This document shows positions 45,895 to 55,020 of a DNA stretch of 61,794 nucleotides, piece after piece. The stretch is taken from the NCBI GenBank assembly GCA_030019075.1, contig JASEHD010000002.1, positions 1 through 61,794 of the forward strand, in the 5' to 3' direction. The notes under the pieces were generated by a model. The model had not been told where the DNA came from. It searched no databases and saw nothing but the letters and a program-made list of their open reading frames with translations. A program made the translations under genes and the position numbers. This DNA is from Bacteroidota bacterium. GTDB taxonomy: Bacteria; Bacteroidota; Ignavibacteria; UBA10030; SZUA-254. The first letter of the stretch is position 1. Every line of letters begins with the position of its first letter.

Positions 45895-48045
45895 TCATTT
45901 CAGTAATAATAATTTTTTAGTGCCGATAAATTCTCCATGATTAATGATCATGCGATAGAAATATATCCCACTTGAAATATTATTTCCACTAAATGAGATA
46001 TAATGAACACCAGCATCTCGAATTTCATTAATCAAAGTTCCCACTTCTTGTCCAACAACATCATAAACTTTTAGTGTAACATAACTCTGGTTTTGGATTT
46101 GAAACCTGATCGTTGTTCGTGGGTTAAAGGGATTAGGATAATTTTGTTCAAGTAGAAAGTTCGTCGGAAGAGATAAAATACGGGTTTCATCTACTGCAAC
46201 AATGCCTCCACTGGTGGTTTTCAAAACTGTTCCATTGTAACCCGCTGCCCATCCGGTGTGTGCATCTGTAAAATCTACGGAATATAAACTTTGATTAGTT
46301 CCGCTAAGTTGAGCTGCCCACGTTATCCCACCATCGGTTGTCTTGATAATAGAGCCTTGGTGACCAACCGCATATCCAGTCTGTGAATCCACAAATTTTA
46401 CGGATTCAAAACTTCCTGTTAAACCACCGGATACATTTTCCCAAGTGTTTCCCCCATTATTTGTTTTGAGCACTGTACCAGAAAAGCCAACCGCTACGAC
46501 AGTATTTGAATCTAATACCTCTAATGCTAGTATCCAATTCGATGTCCCACTTGTTTGTTGTAACCATGTTGCTCCACCATCTGTAGTTTTCAAGATTTTT
46601 CCACCTGCACCACACACCCAACCTGTATCATGATCGTAAAACCGTACAAACAGTAACCACAATTCTGAACTGGTTAACTGAGTAACCCACGTGGAACCAC
46701 CATTGGTAGTCTTGAGAATCGTTCCTGGTCCTGTGTATCCTCCCACAACCCAACCTGTGTTTGAATCTACAAAATCTAAACATTCAAACCGAAGATTGGT
46801 GCCGCTTTCCTGAATTGACCATGAATCTCCGCCATTCGTCGTTGTAAGAAGTGTACCATCATCTCCTGTTACCCACCCTTTATTTGTATCAACAAAATCC
46901 ATTGCCCATAACATAACATTCACTCCGGTAGATTGATTTTGCCACGATTGCCCACCATCCATAGTTTTAAGGAGTGTTCCATAATCCCCCATAACCCAAC
47001 CAACATTTGAATTCCGGAAATATGTTGATAACAGCCAGCTAGTATTCCCGCTAGTCTGATTCATCCAAGTTACACCACCATTTGTTGTCTTAAGAATTTG
47101 GGGAGGATGTGTTGCATTAACTATCCAACCATTATCGACGTCAGAAAACGACATTGCATAATCTCCATAAGATAAGCCAGTCGAGAGTGAAATCCAACTT
47201 ATACCCCTATTGGTTGTTTTTATAAGCGAGCCATCATTGTAGAGTATCCATCCTACCGAAGTGTTTATGAATTGAATTGCAGTGACATTCTCGAGATAAG
47301 ATTCATTATACCATGTCGTACCACCATTTGTTGTCTTTAAACCAGGTATGATCCAACCCAAGGAATCATTGAAAAAATAAACGAAATTGAAAGAACCATG
47401 CAACGTATCAACAATTTCTCTATTCCATGATACACCGCCATCTGTTGTCTTGTAAGCTACTCCACGATATGTATCTCCTTGTTGTGAATAAGTTCCTTCA
47501 CTCCCTATTAACCAACCGTTATTTATATTGTTGAAATAAATTCCAGAAACAAAAGTGGTTTCACTTAACTCTATCATATTCCAGTTCTCTCCACCATTTG
47601 TTGTTCTAAAAATTTTATTACCACCACAAGCCCAACCATTTGAATGATCAACAAATTGGATATCATTGATGTTAGAAGATACCCCCGTCGATTGTACAGA
47701 CCACCCAACACCTCCATCAGTCGATCTTACAATTACTCCTTCTTCTCCGCACGCCCAACCAAAATTATCATCAATAAAACTTAACCTATTAATTACCGAA
47801 AATATATTTGCATTGTATGTTTTAATGTTCCAATGCTGCCCACCGTCCACAGTTTTTATCGTAGTGCCCAATTCACCAACAGCGACGGCATTGTTGCCAT
47901 CGAAGGCATGAATATCGAAAAGCGCATTACCTAAAGGCTTTGGATTCAACCAATTCCATCCTGTAGACTGCGCTTTCACCGTGGGAATAGTAGTGCTTGT
48001 CAAGATAAGTAGAAATAATGCTTTAAAAAAAATCTTTATATTCAT
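45895..48045 (-). CDS. Ycf48/BNR-like multi-blade beta-propeller protein with T9SS CTD
   Basis: It has more than 12 repeats of T(T/N)(D/N)GG-x-(T/S)W. The signal peptide starts at MNIKIFFKALFLLILTS. CTD: [19 protein letters not shown]...IYFYRM. Confidence 0.82.
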   Translation of the reverse strand: MNIKIFFKALFLLILTSTTIPTVKAQSTGWNWLNPKPLGNALFDIHAFDGNNAVAVGELGTTIKTVDGGQHWNIKTYNANIFSVINRLSFIDDNFGWACGEEGVIVRSTDGGVGWSVQSTGVSSNINDIQFVDHSNGWACGGNKIFRTTNGGENWNMIELSETTFVSGIYFNNINNGWLIGSEGTYSQQGDTYRGVAYKTTDGGVSWNREIVDTLHGSFNFVYFFNDSLGWIIPGLKTTNGGTTWYNESYLENVTAIQFINTSVGWILYNDGSLIKTTNRGISWISLSTGLSYGDYAMSFSDVDNGWIVNATHPPQILKTTNGGVTWMNQTSGNTSWLLSTYFRNSNVGWVMGDYGTLLKTMDGGQSWQNQSTGVNVMLWAMDFVDTNKGWVTGDDGTLLTTTNGGDSWSIQESGTNLRFECLDFVDSNTGWVVGGYTGPGTILKTTNGGSTWVTQLTSSELWLLFVRFYDHDTGWVCGAGGKILKTTDGGATWLQQTSGTSNWILALEVLDSNTVVAVGFSGTVLKTNNGGNTWENVSGGLTGSFESVKFVDSQTGYAVGHQGSIIKTTDGGITWAAQLSGTNQSLYSVDFTDAHTGWAAGYNGTVLKTTSGGIVAVDETRILSLPTNFLLEQNYPNPFNPRTTIRFQIQNQSYVTLKVYDVVGQEVGTLINEIRDAGVHYISFSGNNISSGIYFYRMIINHGEFIGTKKLLLLK

Positions 48046-48345
48046 AAAAACACCCATCTAAAATGTTGTGAATTATTTGATTAATTTTATTAGATATCGA
48101 TCCAATCTCTTTTGCGCGAATATAACACCTGTTCACCCAACATAGTAACTGTCATCAGCCCAAAGTCTCCGAGAACCAACCATTGCAACCAGTTCATAGT
48201 TAGCTAACCAATTTTCTAACTCCGGAATGAATTTGCCCGAAGTTCTCTTTTACTTAAAGATAATGTGAAACAAAATCAAAAACAAATTGATAAGACCTGA
48301 AATAAAATAATTGTCTTTTTAAAAAGATTTATTCATACAATCTCG

Positions 48346-49362
48346 TCATATTGATAGATTAGGAATAGCATTCAGTGAAAAATCAGAAGACTGCCCTGCT
48401 ATAATTTTCATCCATCCTAACTGTGCAATCATTGCTCCGTTATCGGTACAGTATCGGAATTCCGGAATGAATAAACGAAATCCATTCTCGTCGGCACAAG
48501 CTTGCAGCCTTTTACGAAGCTCTGAGTTTGCAGAAACACCTCCGGCTATTGTAACATTCCTGACTTTCATATTCTTAGCAGCTCGTAGTGTTTTTTCCAC
48601 CAGAACATCAACAACAGACGCTTGGAAACTTGCACAAATATCGGCTAACAATTGATTTGAGATATGAGATATGTGATATGAGTAGTCCGGGGTATGATCT
48701 TTCAGCCAGTAAAGAACAGAAGTTTTTATTCCGCTGAAGCTGAAATCATAACTATCTGGCTCAAGAAATGTGCGTGGGAATTTTATAAAATTAGGATTAC
48801 CATCCTTCGCCAATTTGTCGATTATTGGACCACCCGGAAATCCAAGCCCTAACATTTTTGCAACTTTATCATACGCTTCGCCTGCCGCATCATCAAGTGT
48901 CTCCCCAAGCAGTTGATGGTGGAGAGCTTTTTGTACATATATTAATTGCGTATGCCCACCAGATACAGTTAGACAAATAAAAGGATAATCGGGTTTTGGC
49001 TCATCAATGAAATTTGAATACATATGGGCTTCCATATGATTGATACCCACGAAAGGTATTTTCAAACCGTATGCAAGCGCCTTAGCGAAACTCAATCCGA
49101 CTAAAAGTGCACCCATGAGACCGGGTCCATACGTTACTGCAACTCCTTCAAGCTGCTGTTTCTTGATACCTGCGACAACCAGAGCTTCTTTGACAACAGG
49201 ACCAATCAAACGTTGATGTGCACGTGAAGCCAACTCAGGCACAACACCGCCATATTTTTGATGGATAAGCTGTGAAGAAATTATATTCGATAAAACCTTA
49301 CCATCATCGAGTACAGCAGCCGAAGTTTCATCACAAGATGTTTCGATTCCGAGAATATACAT
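48346..49362 (-). CDS. tsaD: tRNA N6-adenosine threonylcarbamoyltransferase
   Basis: 338 aa with GIETSCDETSAAV, HMEAHM and GGVSANSELR. Confidence 0.93.
   Translation of the reverse strand: MYILGIETSCDETSAAVLDDGKVLSNIISSQLIHQKYGGVVPELASRAHQRLIGPVVKEALVVAGIKKQQLEGVAVTYGPGLMGALLVGLSFAKALAYGLKIPFVGINHMEAHMYSNFIDEPKPDYPFICLTVSGGHTQLIYVQKALHHQLLGETLDDAAGEAYDKVAKMLGLGFPGGPIIDKLAKDGNPNFIKFPRTFLEPDSYDFSFSGIKTSVLYWLKDHTPDYSYHISHISNQLLADICASFQASVVDVLVEKTLRAAKNMKVRNVTIAGGVSANSELRKRLQACADENGFRLFIPEFRYCTDNGAMIAQLGWMKIIAGQSSDFSLNAIPNLSI
48654..48681. repeat. GATATGA-type heptamer tandem array inside tsaD
   Basis: GATTTGA GATATGA GATATGT GATATGA on the plus strand encodes YSYHISHISNQ on the coding strand. 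Confidence 0.85.
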
Positions 49363-49365
49363 GAT

Positions 49366-49402
49366 TATAAATAAGCAAAAAGTTTATTTAATTTTCAAGA
49401 AA
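49366..49402. repeat. 37-bp perfect direct repeat copy 1 (immediately upstream of the tsaD start)
   Basis: TATAAATAAGCAAAAAGTTTATTTAATTTTCAAGAAA is identical to 50014..50050. Confidence 0.92.
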
Positions 49403-49550
49403 GGGAAGGAAGAATGGATTTGAGATTTTCTTGTTGGGAGTAAGTTCCGCTAAGAAGACGGTGGGCAAGTCTATCCAATACCCTGTGTGGGTTCAATTGT
49501 CCGCTCCCCGCAAAACCCTTCACAAGAATCATAGAACAATTTGTTAGGTA

Positions 49551-49937
49551 TTATTTTAGATCCATTCTTTTTATATGTACAAGCCTGCGCCCAAGCATAT
49601 CAACCCAGGCTTGACACTGTTCTAATACAATATAACCTACTAACGGTTCATATTTTCCATTTTCTGGTTTCATGTCGATAAACAACACTTCTGTATATAT
49701 CGGTCTGAATCCTTCTATTTGTAATTTTACCGGCCCACATATCTCGCCCATCTGAGGCGTTTGATTAGCCAATTCCAATTCTATCCGATCGACTATTTCT
49801 ATATCGCCCAATTTGTTTTTCCACGCCGATGGTAAAACCATGTAAGATGCTCCAGTATCAACCAAAGCATCACATGAAATTCGATATTCAGGATTATTAG
49901 CATTTTTTATTTCTACAGGTGTAACAATTCGTCCCAT
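49551..49937 (-). CDS. retropepsin-like (clan AA) aspartic protease
   Basis: 128 aa. The active-site context is ALVDTGASYMVLP. Its size is typical of single-domain bacterial/archaeal retropepsin-like proteins. Confidence 0.72.
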   Translation of the reverse strand: MGRIVTPVEIKNANNPEYRISCDALVDTGASYMVLPSAWKNKLGDIEIVDRIELELANQTPQMGEICGPVKLQIEGFRPIYTEVLFIDMKPENGKYEPLVGYIVLEQCQAWVDMLGRRLVHIKRMDLK

Positions 49938-50013
49938 ATTTTTCTCCTTTCAATGTCGAACTATCAATATTGCAGTTTCCATAATGTTTTGATTCTAACA
50001 ATGTCTATATCTG

Positions 50014-50050
50014 TATAAATAAGCAAAAAGTTTATTTAATTTTCAAGAAA
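50014..50050. repeat. 37-bp perfect direct repeat copy 2
   Basis: It is identical to 49366..49402 and lies 648 bp away, upstream of the protease gene. Confidence 0.92.
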
Positions 50051-50054
50051 AGAA

Positions 50055-50101
50055 GTGCGACTCACCTTCAAGTATTACCGACACCGGGAGGTGAGTCGCA
50101 C
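50055..50101 (-). terminator. hairpin terminator downstream of hicA
   Basis: The perfect 12-bp stem GTGCGACTCACC/GGTGAGTCGCAC has a 23-nt loop. On the minus strand it is followed by TTCTTTTCTTGAAAATT. Confidence 0.5.
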
Positions 50102-50169
50102 ATAGATTGAGATTTAAGATTTCGTCATTCAATGCGTGAAGTTATTGATATCCCGAGTTGACCTGTTTG

Positions 50170-50352
50170 TTAAGTTTTATCTTTCAGCGTTTTCATAATA
50201 TGCTTTGCAAGGTTTTCATTTATCTCGCTGTGGCGTGGAATTGGTTGGCATACTTTGGTTGCCTGATTCTGATACCAGTCGTGTTTTCCCCCATGTCTTA
50301 TAAAAACACAACCCATTTGTTCTAATTGTCTGATTAAATCTTTCCTCTTCAA
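50170..50352 (-). CDS. hicA: type II toxin HicA
   Basis: 60 aa. The family pattern is LIRQLEQMGCVFIRHGGKHDWY. It has a TTG start that overlaps the hicB stop (TTGA). Confidence 0.85.
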   Translation of the reverse strand: MKRKDLIRQLEQMGCVFIRHGGKHDWYQNQATKVCQPIPRHSEINENLAKHIMKTLKDKT

Positions 50353-50540
50353 GCTACTTCCAGTTCAGCTATTTTCCGAACACAAGGTATTGCACCGCTT
50401 GTCAATTCTTTATATAAATCTTTTAAATGTTCTTTCAATTCATTCAAGGTTACACCTTGAGTTATATAGTCGGGATATTCTTCTAAATACCCTAACCACA
50501 TATCACCGTCCTGCCAATATGAAAACTTTTTAGTTTCCAT
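50349..50540 (-). CDS. hicB: type II antitoxin HicB (short form)
   Basis: The ATG at 50540 gives METKKFSYWQDGDMWLGYLEEYPDYITQGVTLNELKEHLKD, a HicB/UPF0150-like fold pattern. It is coupled to hicA. Confidence 0.7.
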   Translation of the reverse strand: METKKFSYWQDGDMWLGYLEEYPDYITQGVTLNELKEHLKDLYKELTSGAIPCVRKIAELEVA

Positions 50541-50630
50541 AATAATATCCTTTTTATATCTGCTTGATGATGAAGTTTTATAAAATAATATATTCCATAA
50601 ATTTCTTAAAATCAAATCTATCAATCATTT

Positions 50631-50681
50631 AACCTTGCGAAGTTTCCCACCAGAAGTAACATGCTAAACCTTCGCAAGGTT
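50631..50681. other. 12-bp-stem hairpin between the nuclease gene and hicB
   Basis: AACCTTGCGAAG (50631..50642) and CTTCGCAAGGTT (50670..50681) form a perfect stem with a 27-nt loop. Confidence 0.6.
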
Positions 50682-50819
50682 CATTGGGCAACTATAGTGT
50701 ACATCATTTATCAGACAAACTTCCCACTTCTATTTGTTTGGTTGAAGGGCTGATGAACTGTAAAGCTCACCAGCTTGCAATGGAGCGAAGCGGAATTACC
50801 AATCCGAGTTGTTGCGGTG

Positions 50820-51839
50820 TTAGATTGCTCCCTTTGGAATAAGAGCAAGAAAAAATGATACTGCCCCATCAACACCAGATTCGTAGGGGTGGCTACGCTT
50901 TGGGGCTAATAAGTTCATATAGGCAGCAAAGTGCCACTTCTCACCCTCCCTCCTGAAGAGCTTGTATCGAATCCCGTCCGAGACAATAAATCGGTCGCAT
51001 GCAGGATATGACTTTGCATAACTGATAGCTTGATCATCAGCGTAGCGCAAACCATCCCATAAACGCTTAGATTCGATTATTGCAAGCGGCTTGCTTTCTT
51101 TAGAGTACGGTGTGTCAAATAGTGCAATATCGATGTTATTCCATTCAATCTTTACTTTTTGTTCAGCCCACCCCAAAGATGTAAGCAGAGGCACGATCAG
51201 GAATGTTCGTATTTCATGCTCGCCGACATCTGAACCATGGAAGCTATACCACTTTGCGACTCGTCGAAGGCGCCAAATCGTGTTTGCAATGAGTTCAGCG
51301 TTTTGCCCCGGTAAGCCTTCAATAATTAGCGAATCGATAAGTTGATCGACGCTTAGTTCTTCCGGTTCAATCGGAATAGGGGTCGAGGCAACTTGGTGCT
51401 CACTCGACCAAACTTTGTTCACTTCACCAACCGCTTGATCATGGTTGACGCCAACAAGGGTTCCACGGCGAAGACCACTAATAATAGTTTGCGACATTGG
51501 TCTCTTCCAGTTTATTCTTCGGCAATGTCGAAGATCCCATCCGTCTACGTCACCGAAGACATTCTCAAAAAGATAACCAGACGTAATTTCTCCAACCGCA
51601 AGAATTTCCCAGTTGTGACCGCTAGGACGCTTTAATACTACAAGATCACCTTTGGCAAGCTCCTCTGCTAGGGTCTTGATAAATGGACGATAAGCCAAAC
51701 TATCAGGATTGTTATAAGCGTCTTGATTCGAGAAGTATTTGCCTTCTGAGCCAGGGCCAACGAGAATCACTCCGAACTTTAGGAAGACATCCGAATAATC
51801 GCGGCTGCCATCGCCTGCTGCTATCTGCCAAATCTTCAT
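50820..51839 (-). CDS. predicted restriction-type nuclease: N-terminal small beta-barrel reader-like domain fused to an HsdR_N-like PD-(D/E)xK domain
   Basis: 339 aa. The C-terminal half, EHEIRTFLIVPLLTSLGWAEQKVKIEWNNIDIALFD...PLAIIESKRL...QAISYA...RFIVSDGIRYKLF, fits the D...E-x-K nuclease pattern. The N-terminal part is MKIWQIAAGDG...GDLVVLKR...ILAVGEITSGY...RHCRRINW. The function is inferred. Confidence 0.5.
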   Translation of the reverse strand: MKIWQIAAGDGSRDYSDVFLKFGVILVGPGSEGKYFSNQDAYNNPDSLAYRPFIKTLAEELAKGDLVVLKRPSGHNWEILAVGEITSGYLFENVFGDVDGWDLRHCRRINWKRPMSQTIISGLRRGTLVGVNHDQAVGEVNKVWSSEHQVASTPIPIEPEELSVDQLIDSLIIEGLPGQNAELIANTIWRLRRVAKWYSFHGSDVGEHEIRTFLIVPLLTSLGWAEQKVKIEWNNIDIALFDTPYSKESKPLAIIESKRLWDGLRYADDQAISYAKSYPACDRFIVSDGIRYKLFRREGEKWHFAAYMNLLAPKRSHPYESGVDGAVSFFLALIPKGAI

Positions 51840-51955
51840 TTGATAATCCTTTGCAATCTAATGTCTGCGTTAAGGATACTGTGCGGCTTTATCGCACAAC
51901 ATCCCTTTGGATAATGTTCGGCACGCTCACAAACCTGAGACGTAGAATCCTTGCG

Positions 51956-52696
51956 TCACTCGTCCGGAACGGTAAGACTTGTCCCGTCTTTGAAGATAAT
52001 CATTCGAGGATCCCAGACCACCTTTAACTTGTCATCTTCCAGTTCAGCAAGCTTGCGATCGTTATTGTTTCCGATAGTGAACCTTACAGAACGTGAGTCC
52101 ATCCAGTTTACAGTTTGCCCTGCTTTTATGGTGTTGTAGTTGGAAATTAGGAACCCAGAAATTTCATCGCCGAACAAGTCTCTAATAGAGATGTAGCCCT
52201 TTACACCGGCAATGTCTTTGTCAGTGTTGTTCTTGTAGCCGAAGATCACTTCAAGGTTCTCGTTCCATATTATTCCGTTGGATGATCGTTCGGCTTTGAT
52301 CTTCTTAGATACCAGCGTAACTGTGATTGCTTCCCGCATCGGTTTCATAGCGGCCTCTCGCTCGCCTTGAAGCTTGGCTTTCACCGCGTGTTGTTTGGCT
52401 TCTTCAATAGCGGCATCCGCTTTGAACTTGCGTTGTTCCTCGATAGCTTTGCCGAGGGTCATGCCCTCTGGGATTCCTAGGTTTTCTTTTCCACCAAACA
52501 ATCCACCAAGTTTTGCGCCTACAGTATGGCGTATGATGTAGCCAGCCACCAGTTCTCGCTCTTCGGGTGTGAGTTTCTCGATCGCGGGCTTGATTCTCTC
52601 GATTTTATCGAGTTCACGCGGTAGGGGTGTTTCCTTGGGGCCACTACATGCGGCCAGAATGATCGCGCACAGCAGGATGGTCAAGTGCGTGCACAT
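51956..52696 (-). CDS. lipoprotein of unknown function
   Basis: The ATG at 52696 gives MCTHLTILLCAIILAACSG (lipobox LAAC). A coiled-coil-like middle is followed by a beta-rich C-terminus. Its G+C is higher than in neighbouring genes. Confidence 0.6.
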   Translation of the reverse strand: MCTHLTILLCAIILAACSGPKETPLPRELDKIERIKPAIEKLTPEERELVAGYIIRHTVGAKLGGLFGGKENLGIPEGMTLGKAIEEQRKFKADAAIEEAKQHAVKAKLQGEREAAMKPMREAITVTLVSKKIKAERSSNGIIWNENLEVIFGYKNNTDKDIAGVKGYISIRDLFGDEISGFLISNYNTIKAGQTVNWMDSRSVRFTIGNNNDRKLAELEDDKLKVVWDPRMIIFKDGTSLTVPDE

Positions 52697-53129
52697 GTAT
52701 TGCTCCAAGGTTTGTTGGTTAGGAAGACGCACTATTATGGGTTGTTGATTTGCTCATTGACGATTATGCTTGCTCAGACAGCTTGTCATATGACACCGAA
52801 TTATTAATTATACCGCTGAATAGCTTACTAACACATCTGCTAGTGGTCGAAGACTCTCTACGAGACCGTTCTACCTACGGTATCTTAGATACGAAACGTA
52901 GATGGGTCGATTCGTCGAGTGGACAAGTCGGTGGTTTGTGTGTTAGATTTATGTCAAACCCCGTTTTCATTCTTAAACCGTTTTAAACTTAGCATAAATA
53001 TATCAGGAAAAATATACAAAATCAAATCCGCAGTTATTGTATATTTTCCTAAAATATTCTATTTTCAATCTATGATTGTCATAGACAATAATAATTTGAA
53101 TCCATTATTCCTTATTACGCGAGTATATT

Positions 53130-54911
53130 TTGCAACATATTGAATCTCCACCATTTATTCCGCAGAGCGATGCGGAACAACAAACTAAAAGATTGTCAAC
53201 AATCTTTCTACTAATCGCCGCAATCAGCATACTCATCGGCATCTTTCACGCATCCTCCTTATTATTCGTCAATGACGATGCATTTATTACATTTCGGTAT
53301 GCAAAGAATTTGGTTAATGGATTAGGATTGGTGTACAACGCAGTCGAGAGAGTGGAAGGATACACAAACTTCCTTTGGACACTGATCATCGCCCTCGGTA
53401 TGAAATTGGGTTTTGATCCTGTGCCGTTCTCAACAACACTCGGGATTTGTTTCTATGTGTGCAATTTACTTTTATTCATTTATTTAAGTTGGAAATTTCG
53501 CAGCACAGGTAAGGGGCGATATCTTTTTATCCCGCTAACAGCCATCGTATTGTGTGTTCATCGCGATTTTAGCGCTTATGCAACCAGCGGTCTGGAAACC
53601 TCGATGTTCACCTTCCTCGTATCGGCAGGTTTTGCATTACTACTATTTGCGGATTCAAACAAACGAATGTTCATTGCCGGTTGCATCTTTGTTCTTGCGA
53701 TGATGACGCGACCGGATGGTTTTTTATTTCTGACTGCATCGGTGTTTTATCTATTCATCACAAAGGAGAAACCCTTAAAAAGTATTGTTTACTTCATGCT
53801 GCCATCGGCTGTGATCTTTTTACCATATTGGTTATGGCGTTACAACTATTATGGATTTTTCTTCCCAAACACATTTTACGCAAAGTCGATTGATCTACCC
53901 TATTACAGTCAAGGATTTGAATATGCCTATCTTTATCTGAAAACTTATTATGGCATTACTTTAATTTTTATTCTTGGAGGATTATTCACCTGGCGATGGA
54001 TTAAATCCCTCGATAAAAAGAATCTTCCCGTTTCTGTTTGGACACATCTTCGCGAAAAAAATAACCGTCCGATCTTGTTAGCGAGTTTATTTTGCGTGAT
54101 ATATACACTATTCATAATTCGAATTGGCGGCGATTTCATGCATGCACGGTTTTTTATCCCCATAACACCATTGCTATATTTCATTATCGAGATGTTGATT
54201 AACAGAATAACTCATAAGTTGCCAAATCTTATTTTCTCCATTTTAATATTGCTCACAACAATCTTTCGTAACGATTTATACAGTCAGGAGATAAGCGTGG
54301 GATACGTAGTTGATGAAGCAAAATTCTATACCTTTGAGAACCTTAAAAATTCAAAAAAAGATGGAGAATTAATACGAAAATATACAGAAGGATTACCGGT
54401 AAGAATTGCATTCTGGGGGGCCGGTTTAAGGTTTATTTACTATGCTGATCCATATTATGCAATCGAGTCGATGGCTGGATTAACAGATACGGGGCTTGCT
54501 CATCGAACACTTTTAAAACGAGGCAGACCCGGTCATGAGAAGTCAGCGCCATTATCATATCTTAGATTTAAAAAGGTTAATTTTTACTTTGGTCCCCTCG
54601 GGTTACCTCCCCAAAATCAGTTACCATTAAATGCTATAATCTTCGATTCACTCCTTGCCGAGATAATTGTATATGACAATGCAATCATGTCTCATTTAGC
54701 AAAATACCCAGAATTAAAATTCGTACGGATTCCAGAATTTATAGATAAATATTTTACTAAGAATCAGAGTTATTCTATAGATAATGTTAAAGAAGATTAC
54801 GTATTCCTAAAGAGCTTCTATTTTGCATACAACAACGATACACTTCGAGAGCAAAAATTTCTATCCTACTTCGAAGAACATAAAACTGACCCTTTCTCTA
54901 TAAAACAATAA
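53130..54911 (+). CDS. polytopic membrane protein, GT-C-like glycosyltransferase candidate
   Basis: 593 aa with a TTG start. It has about 11 hydrophobic segments. The first-loop motif VNDDAFITFRYAKNLVNGLGLVYN...ERVEGYTNFLW resembles GT-C/arabinosyltransferase-like membrane proteins (recollection). Confidence 0.5.
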   Translation: MQHIESPPFIPQSDAEQQTKRLSTIFLLIAAISILIGIFHASSLLFVNDDAFITFRYAKNLVNGLGLVYNAVERVEGYTNFLWTLIIALGMKLGFDPVPFSTTLGICFYVCNLLLFIYLSWKFRSTGKGRYLFIPLTAIVLCVHRDFSAYATSGLETSMFTFLVSAGFALLLFADSNKRMFIAGCIFVLAMMTRPDGFLFLTASVFYLFITKEKPLKSIVYFMLPSAVIFLPYWLWRYNYYGFFFPNTFYAKSIDLPYYSQGFEYAYLYLKTYYGITLIFILGGLFTWRWIKSLDKKNLPVSVWTHLREKNNRPILLASLFCVIYTLFIIRIGGDFMHARFFIPITPLLYFIIEMLINRITHKLPNLIFSILILLTTIFRNDLYSQEISVGYVVDEAKFYTFENLKNSKKDGELIRKYTEGLPVRIAFWGAGLRFIYYADPYYAIESMAGLTDTGLAHRTLLKRGRPGHEKSAPLSYLRFKKVNFYFGPLGLPPQNQLPLNAIIFDSLLAEIIVYDNAIMSHLAKYPELKFVRIPEFIDKYFTKNQSYSIDNVKEDYVFLKSFYFAYNNDTLREQKFLSYFEEHKTDPFSIKQ

Positions 54912-54919
54912 ACAGTTCC

Positions 54920-54950
54920 GGTGGAGGCCATCTTTAAGATGGTCTCCACC
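54920..54950 (+). terminator. stem-loop after the membrane-protein gene (no clear U-tract)
   Basis: GGTGGAGGCCATC-TTTAA-GATGGTCTCCACC has one mismatch. Confidence 0.4.
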
Positions 54951-55020
54951 TATCTAAATGAACTATTTGCATACAATAGACGTTTTTTATATCTTTACAA
55001 ATAATTTTAAATGAAAATAG

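Noticed and set aside
49470-49515. tRNA 3' fragment or att site suggested by GGGTTCAATTG
   Set aside because: The flanking bases do not form a 5-bp T-stem or an acceptor stem, and there is no CCA-proximal context.
52750-53143. ORFs 52750..52986 and 52919..53143 between the islet and the membrane-protein gene
   Set aside because: They are short with non-ATG or weak starts and low-complexity products in an AT-rich spacer. This is more likely non-coding junction sequence.
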